Source: Oscillospiraceae bacterium (GTDB taxonomy: Bacteria > Bacillota > Clostridia > Oscillospirales > Ruminococcaceae). Taken from it: a DNA stretch of 47,692 bases. The DNA is taken from positions 1 through 47,692 of the forward strand of contig JAZLFU010000016.1 in the NCBI GenBank assembly GCA_045615915.1, read 5' to 3'. The translations under genes and the position numbers were made by a program. Under the pieces are notes generated by a model that was given only the letters and a program-made list of their open reading frames with translations, had not been told where the DNA came from and made no database searches. Of the stretch, positions 42,391 to 47,692 are shown in pieces. How positions within the stretch are numbered: position 1 is the first letter of the stretch; every line of letters starts with the position of its first letter.

Positions 42391-43086
42391 ATGTACTGCA
42401 TAATGATTTGTGATGATGACAGAGATATAAGAAACGCCCTTAAAATATATCTTTCCGGAGAAGGTTATAAAGTACTCGAAGCGGAAAACGGAAGCGAAGC
42501 GCTTGAACTTTTGAAAGAAAACGAGGTTCATCTCGTGCTTATGGATATAATGATGCCGAAAATGGACGGAGTTTCCGCAACGACAAAACTGCGTGAGGAG
42601 TATAATCTTCCCGTAATTATCCTTACGGCGAAAAGCGAAGACACAGATAAAATACTCGGACTTACCGCCGGCGCGGATGATTATATAACGAAGCCGTTCA
42701 ATCCTCTTGAAGTTATCGCCAGAGTAAAGGCTCAGCTTCGCCGTTACGCGTATCTCGGCGGAATGGAGCAGAAAAAAGATTCCACTTATTCTTTCAAGGA
42801 AATAGAACTTGACGATGAGACTAAAAACGTAACCATAAGCGGCGAATCCGTTTACCTTACTCCTACGGAATACGATATACTGAAGCTCTTTCTTGAAAAT
42901 CCCGGCAAGGTGTTTTCCTCAAAGGAGATATATTCTTATATCTGGAATACGGAGCCTCTCGGAGCGGAGGGTACTATTGCCGTACATATCCGCCATTTGA
43001 GAGAGAAGCTTGAAATAGATCCGGCAAATCCGAGATATCTTAAAGTCGTTTGGGGAAAAGGCTATAAACTGGAGGGTAAGCAATGA
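42391..43086 (+). CDS. OmpR/PhoB-family response regulator
   Basis: The receiver domain reads DDDRDIRN...LVLMDIMMPKMDG...LTAKSE, and the winged-helix C-terminus reads LTPTEYDILKLF...YLKVVWGKGYKL. Confidence 0.85.
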   Translation: MYCIMICDDDRDIRNALKIYLSGEGYKVLEAENGSEALELLKENEVHLVLMDIMMPKMDGVSATTKLREEYNLPVIILTAKSEDTDKILGLTAGADDYITKPFNPLEVIARVKAQLRRYAYLGGMEQKKDSTYSFKEIELDDETKNVTISGESVYLTPTEYDILKLFLENPGKVFSSKEIYSYIWNTEPLGAEGTIAVHIRHLREKLEIDPANPRYLKVVWGKGYKLEGKQ

Positions 43087-44945
43087 GGAAACTTCGCGGA
43101 AGTGCCATTACGAAAACTGTGGCGTTTATTCTTGCCTCGATATTTATTATGCTTACGGTCGCGTCTACGGTATGTATAATATGCTGCAAGGATAACGATG
43201 CGTATAATTACGTATCGAGCGATTTTGAACAAACCGGTTTTTGCAAAAGTTACATAAGGAACAGACTCGAATTTGTTGCGGAGTACGTATATTGGGAAGA
43301 CATTTCTGGACTTAAGAACGAAGAATTTCTGTTTCACGAGGCGAATTTCTCATACGTGATAAAAGACGGAAGCGGTAAAACCGTTGTAGATACAAGAAAA
43401 AGCAACAGTAAAACGGTTATAAGCGGCTATACTCTTTTTGAGGTAAATTCAAAGGGAGAACATATTGAGGAGTATACTGCGGACGGATATATAGATATGC
43501 CGATAGTTCCTATGAGCGCTTCATACCCGTATTATTTTATGTATGAGCACCGGGTGGATTTCTTCGGTTGGGCGCTTTGCTCCGGTGTTTTATCGCTTGT
43601 ACTTTTTGTGTTCCTTATGTATTCCGCCGGCGTGGATAAAGACGGAGTTATTGCCATGCGCGGAATAAACAAATTGCCTTTTGATTTGCTGTTTATTATT
43701 GAGCTGATAATATTTGCCTGCGTTACGGATGATTTTTATTATTTGTCGATCAATAATTTTGCCAATATAACAAGGGTTCTGTTTTCCGGAATTTCCGCCT
43801 ATATAGTTGTATTGCTCGGTCTTGCGGTTTGCTTTACCGCGGCGGCGCGTTTCAAGGTAAAGGGCTGGTGGAAAAATACGATTATATATAAACTCGGTTT
43901 GGCTTTGATAAACTTTTTACGTTGGGCGATATTGGCCGTTCCAGACGTCTGGAAGCTTGTGCTTGCGTACTGCGCGTTCACGATACTCAATCTCCTGCTT
44001 TTTGTTCTGATGATAGACGTGATGGAAGGCCTTGCGTTGATAGCGCTTGTTGTGCTCGATACCGTTTGTCTTCTCCTTGTTGTATGGTTCGGCAACCAGT
44101 TAAAGGCGCTGAAAAGAGCGGGTGAGGAATTTTCAAAGGGAAACTACGATTATAAAGTCGATACCACGAAATTTTGGCCGGGGCTTAAACAGTACGGAAA
44201 CGAGCTTAACGGTACGGCGGAGGGTATGACGAAGGCGATAGAGGAAAGATTAAAAAGCGAGCGCTTCAAAACCGAACTTATAACTAACGTAAGCCACGAT
44301 TTAAAAACGCCGCTGACCTCCATTGTTTCGTATGTTGACCTGCTCAAAAAAGAGCAGATAGAAAACGAAAAGGCGGCGGAATATATTGACGTTATCGACC
44401 GCCAGAGCGCAAAACTAAAAAAGCTTACGGAGGACCTTATCGAAGCTTCAAAAGCCTCCTCTGGAGCGATTTCGGTGAATAAGGATAATCTCAACATAGG
44501 CGAATTTATTATGCAGTCCGTCGGCGAGTTTTCCGAAAAGCTTGAATCGGCTGAGATAACTCCGGTCATAGACGTTCCGGAGGACGAGCTTTTGATATTT
44601 ACTGACGGAAGACTGCTTTGGCGGGTTTTCGATAATCTCATACAAAACATAGTGAAGTATGCCCAGCCGGGAACGAGGGCGTATTTCAATATCGAAAAAG
44701 CGGCGCGAAACGTTAGAATAAGTGTAAAAAATATATCGAAAGAGCCACTAAATGTTTCCGCCGAAACACTTATGGAACGGTTCGTAAGGGGAGATTCTTC
44801 AAGAAACAGCGAGGGAAACGGTCTCGGACTTTCGATAGCGAAATCTCTTACGGAGCTTTGCGGCGGAGTTTTCAGTCTTTTCCTCGACGGAGACCTTTAT
44901 AAAGTGGTTCTGACTTTTCCGCTTTCGGAAAACGAAAACGAATAA
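43083..44945 (+). CDS. Sensor histidine kinase with large multi-pass membrane sensor region
   Basis: It has an H-box (ITNVSHDLKTPLTSI) and N/G boxes (NLIQNIVKYA, GNGLGLSIAK). About 340 N-terminal residues carry several TM helices. The gene overlaps the regulator gene. Confidence 0.85.
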   Translation: MRKLRGSAITKTVAFILASIFIMLTVASTVCIICCKDNDAYNYVSSDFEQTGFCKSYIRNRLEFVAEYVYWEDISGLKNEEFLFHEANFSYVIKDGSGKTVVDTRKSNSKTVISGYTLFEVNSKGEHIEEYTADGYIDMPIVPMSASYPYYFMYEHRVDFFGWALCSGVLSLVLFVFLMYSAGVDKDGVIAMRGINKLPFDLLFIIELIIFACVTDDFYYLSINNFANITRVLFSGISAYIVVLLGLAVCFTAAARFKVKGWWKNTIIYKLGLALINFLRWAILAVPDVWKLVLAYCAFTILNLLLFVLMIDVMEGLALIALVVLDTVCLLLVVWFGNQLKALKRAGEEFSKGNYDYKVDTTKFWPGLKQYGNELNGTAEGMTKAIEERLKSERFKTELITNVSHDLKTPLTSIVSYVDLLKKEQIENEKAAEYIDVIDRQSAKLKKLTEDLIEASKASSGAISVNKDNLNIGEFIMQSVGEFSEKLESAEITPVIDVPEDELLIFTDGRLLWRVFDNLIQNIVKYAQPGTRAYFNIEKAARNVRISVKNISKEPLNVSAETLMERFVRGDSSRNSEGNGLGLSIAKSLTELCGGVFSLFLDGDLYKVVLTFPLSENENE

Positions 44946-44947
44946 TG

Positions 44948-44975
44948 AAAAGGAGCGGAAAATTCCGCTCCTTTT
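44948..44975. terminator. Bidirectional intrinsic terminator (kinase gene convergent with trmO)
   Basis: A perfect 11-bp stem aaaaggagcgg / ccgctcctttt has a 6-nt loop. Confidence 0.7.
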
Positions 44976-45658
44976 CAGTTTATTCCTATAACTTTAAGTT
45001 CATTTTCCGATACCGTGAAATGGATATCGAAACCGGCAAAATTCATATTGTAAATCCGATCGGGATCGTTTTGGTATGAGGGCCGGGGATCGTCCGCAAG
45101 GCAGTCGATAACGGCTTCGCGTTTTTCCTTGGGTATAAGCGCAAGGAATTCATCGGGGAACGTTACCGAAAGACAGTGGGAACTCATTTCGTCGGCGTAA
45201 CTCCCGAAGGCTTCCGGGTGGGAATCGCTGTACGGTATATAGGGTTTAATATCGAATATAGGCGTTCCGTTCAAAAGGTCAACGCCGGAAACTATGAGTA
45301 CGTCCCCGTTTCGCTCGTCGTGCTCAATTTTTTCAAGCTTTACGGAGGAAAGCCCGAGCGGATTCGGCCTGAACGGAGAACGGCTTGCGAAAACGCCCAC
45401 TCTCGTGTTTCCGCCGAGACGGGGAGGCCTTACGGTGGGCGACCATTCCTCCCGGTGGGATTTAGAAAAATCGAAGATGAGCCAGAGATGGGAAAAGTCT
45501 TCTATTCCGCGAAGCGCATCCGGATTTCTGTATTGCGGAAGAAAAACGATTTTTCCGGTGAGGGAGGGAACCCTTCCGCTCTGTCTCGGTATCCCGAATT
45601 TTTCATCGAAATCCGTTTCTATATACGCAACAGGTTTTATTACGGTTTCATTTTCCAT
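44975..45658 (-). CDS. trmO: tRNA (N6-threonylcarbamoyladenosine(37)-N6)-methyltransferase TrmO (TsaA/YaeB family)
   Basis: FGIPRQSG, FSHLWLIFDF, RPPRLGGNTRVGVFASRSPFRPNPLGLS, and GTPIFDIKPY are present. Confidence 0.85.
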   Translation of the reverse strand: MENETVIKPVAYIETDFDEKFGIPRQSGRVPSLTGKIVFLPQYRNPDALRGIEDFSHLWLIFDFSKSHREEWSPTVRPPRLGGNTRVGVFASRSPFRPNPLGLSSVKLEKIEHDERNGDVLIVSGVDLLNGTPIFDIKPYIPYSDSHPEAFGSYADEMSSHCLSVTFPDEFLALIPKEKREAVIDCLADDPRPSYQNDPDRIYNMNFAGFDIHFTVSENELKVIGIN

Positions 45659-45676
45659 TATAAAAATTCCTTTTTA

Positions 45677-46522
45677 TCATATTTTGAGTTTTTTGAAAAT
45701 TGCCGGCGCGAAAGCGATACCCGTTACGCCGATAAGAAAGTATCTGATGAAATCAAAAACGTACCCGGAGGGAAAAACGAGCTTCGGAAGAAAATACGCC
45801 GCGGCGATAACGGGTATTCCCGCCACAATTCGCAAAAGTCTGTTTTTACCGTTTCCGGCGTTTTCGAAATTTACAAATCTGTTTTCGATATAAATTCCGG
45901 CGGCAAGACCGAAACTGCATCCCAGACAGGAGATAAGGTCTTTTTTGTCAACTTCCGGAATAAACAGAAAGGGGATATAGATTGCCGCCGTAATAAAGCA
46001 GAATAAATATCTTTTCTCCGGGAAACGTCTGTATAAGGGATAGGTGATAAACGGCGCGGCAAGACCGAGAACGTATCCGCCAATAACGTCAATCGGCCAA
46101 TGGCAGCCGAGATACATTCTTGAAAACGCAACAACAAGCGGAAGAATTGCCGCAAGAACGAAAAGGTTTTTCTTTTTATGCCATAAGGCGAATGACCATA
46201 TCATATTGGTAAAAGCATTTGTATGTCCGCTCGGAAAGGAGTATCCCGTTGCGGTTTCGGCGTGGATGGTGCGTATCCCTTCTATACCGAAGGGGCGCGG
46301 AACTTTGAAAACGCCTTTTATTCCGGTGGAAAAGCCCTGGCCGAAAAGATTTGTCCACATAAGGAAAATTCCGGTATCCTTATCGAAGCACCAGTAAACT
46401 ATAAGCAGTATCCCGACTATAAAAAGGCTTTCCGCAACAGAAGTTACCGCCGTAAAGAGGAAATCAAAAAACGGGTTTGCAATGCTCTGTATCGTGCGGA
46501 GTATTTCTGCCTGAAATTCCAT
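45677..46522 (-). CDS. PAP2 superfamily membrane phosphatase
   Basis: The three PAP2 motifs KGVFKVPRPF, SFPSGHT, and SRMYLGCHWPIDV are present, with extra C-terminal TM helices. Confidence 0.8.
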   Translation of the reverse strand: MEFQAEILRTIQSIANPFFDFLFTAVTSVAESLFIVGILLIVYWCFDKDTGIFLMWTNLFGQGFSTGIKGVFKVPRPFGIEGIRTIHAETATGYSFPSGHTNAFTNMIWSFALWHKKKNLFVLAAILPLVVAFSRMYLGCHWPIDVIGGYVLGLAAPFITYPLYRRFPEKRYLFCFITAAIYIPFLFIPEVDKKDLISCLGCSFGLAAGIYIENRFVNFENAGNGKNRLLRIVAGIPVIAAAYFLPKLVFPSGYVFDFIRYFLIGVTGIAFAPAIFKKLKI

Positions 46523-46595
46523 AATAAAACCACCTCACACAATAAATATATCATATCCGAAGCATAAATAAAAGAATTATGCAACAAAAAAATCA

Positions 46596-46624
46596 TTGAC
46601 GGAAACGTTTTAGTATGTTAACAT
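46596..46624 (+). promoter_or_regulatory. Sigma-A-type promoter for asnA
   Basis: TTGACG (46596-46601), a 17-nt spacer, then TAACAT (46619-46624). Confidence 0.45.
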
Positions 46625-46656
46625 ACGGTTATATTGTTTAAAAAGGAGGGATATTC

Positions 46657-47661
46657 GTGAAAGGCGAAGAAAGAGAGGCAATGTTCGGAAACCTCAATAT
46701 ACTTGAAACCGAAATAGCGATAAAATTCATAAAGGACTGTTTTGAAAGAGAACTTGCCGAAGCGCTTAATTTAACACGAGTTTCCGCTCCGCTTTTTGTT
46801 TTTCCGGAAAGCGGTCTTAACGATAACCTGAACGGAGTCGAAAGACCGGTCAGCTTCGATATCCTTGATATAAAACGCGATGTTGAAGTCGTTCAGTCCC
46901 TTGCGAAGTGGAAGCGAATGGCTCTTAAAAAATACGGTTTTGAATGTGGAAAGGGACTCTATACCGATATGAACGCCATAAGACGCGATGAGACTCTTGA
47001 TGAAATACATTCGATATACGTTGACCAATGGGACTGGGAGAAGGTCATTTCGCCGGAGGAACGCAATATTGCCGTTCTTAAAGATACTGTGGAGAACATT
47101 TATAATGCGCTTCTCAAAACCCAGAATAAGCTTTGCGAAAAGTTCCCCTGCATAGCTCCGTTTCTTCCGAAGGAGATAGGCTTCGTTTCCGCCCAGGAGC
47201 TTGAGGACGAGTTTCCGGAGCTTTCGCCGAAGGAGAGAGAAAACAGAGCCGCGAAGAAATTCGGAGCGGTGTTCCTTATGCAGATAGGCGGACCGTTAAA
47301 GAGCGGAAACCGCCACGACGGAAGAGCGCCGGACTACGATGACTGGACCTTGAACGGGGATATACTCATATGGAACCCGGTGCTCGAAAGAGCATTTGAA
47401 ATTTCTTCCATGGGAATAAGAGTCGATCCGAAAACCCTCGATGCCCAGCTTGAAGTTTCCGGTCTCGAAGCAAGAAAAAAGCTTCCCTTCCATAAAGCGC
47501 TTCTTGCCGGAGAACTTCCCCAGACGATGGGCGGCGGTATCGGTCAGTCGAGGATCTGTATGCTCCTTCTGGGCAAGCGCCATATAGGAGAGGTACAGTC
47601 GTCCGTATGGCCCGAAGATATGATAGCGGAATGTGAAAAAGAGGGAATAAATATCCTTTAA
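46657..47661 (+). CDS. asnA: Aspartate--ammonia ligase (asparagine synthetase A)
   Basis: The 334-aa product has AsnA-like length and motifs (LTRVSAPLFV, SGLNDNLNG.ERPVSF, DEIHSIYVDQWDWE, GGGIGQSRICMLLL). The GTG start lies 6 nt after AAAGGAGGG. Confidence 0.85.
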   Translation: MKGEEREAMFGNLNILETEIAIKFIKDCFERELAEALNLTRVSAPLFVFPESGLNDNLNGVERPVSFDILDIKRDVEVVQSLAKWKRMALKKYGFECGKGLYTDMNAIRRDETLDEIHSIYVDQWDWEKVISPEERNIAVLKDTVENIYNALLKTQNKLCEKFPCIAPFLPKEIGFVSAQELEDEFPELSPKERENRAAKKFGAVFLMQIGGPLKSGNRHDGRAPDYDDWTLNGDILIWNPVLERAFEISSMGIRVDPKTLDAQLEVSGLEARKKLPFHKALLAGELPQTMGGGIGQSRICMLLLGKRHIGEVQSSVWPEDMIAECEKEGINIL

Positions 47662-47692
47662 TAAAAAAGACGGGAGCGGGTAGCAATGGATA

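Overview
This 47.7-kb window looks like a chromosomal segment of a spore-forming Clostridia-type Firmicute: spoIIID and a pdaA-like deacetylase are present, Shine-Dalgarno sites are strong, and TTG/GTG starts occur. About 45 densely packed genes are mostly housekeeping. They include addAB, the mreBCD-mrdA rod-shape operon, ispDF, tmk, cysK, ddl-murI, DUF1934-argS, trmO and asnA. No rRNA, tRNA, CRISPR array or intact mobile element was found. Five regions stand out. (1) An ABC uptake locus has two tandem paralogous lipoprotein substrate-binding genes. Each is preceded by its own promoter, a short SD-preceded upstream ORF rich in aromatic codons (12 Phe in 45 codons in one; a Tyr/Phe cluster in the other) and an intrinsic terminator whose 5' arm can pair with the end of that small ORF. 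This fits candidate leader-peptide attenuators. (2) An AT-richer ~2.7-kb islet (about 12.45-15.1 kb) starts with a 40-codon integrase N-terminal fragment. It carries a secreted, C-terminally anchored protein built from 22-aa Cys/His-rich tandem repeats, two of them nearly identical at the DNA level. It also carries a small membrane protein, two tandem ~195-nt promoter-leader-terminator modules, and an HTH gene. (3) A PsuG/IndA-like protein has substituted catalytic lysines, has no adjacent pseudouridine kinase gene, and is fused to a ~330-aa Pro/Gln/Glu-rich tail. (4) There is a NifU-like plus GGGtGRT gene pair of unknown function. (5) A group II PLP decarboxylase sits next to an AGCS symporter. 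All functional calls come from motif recognition by eye. No database search or folding computation was run.
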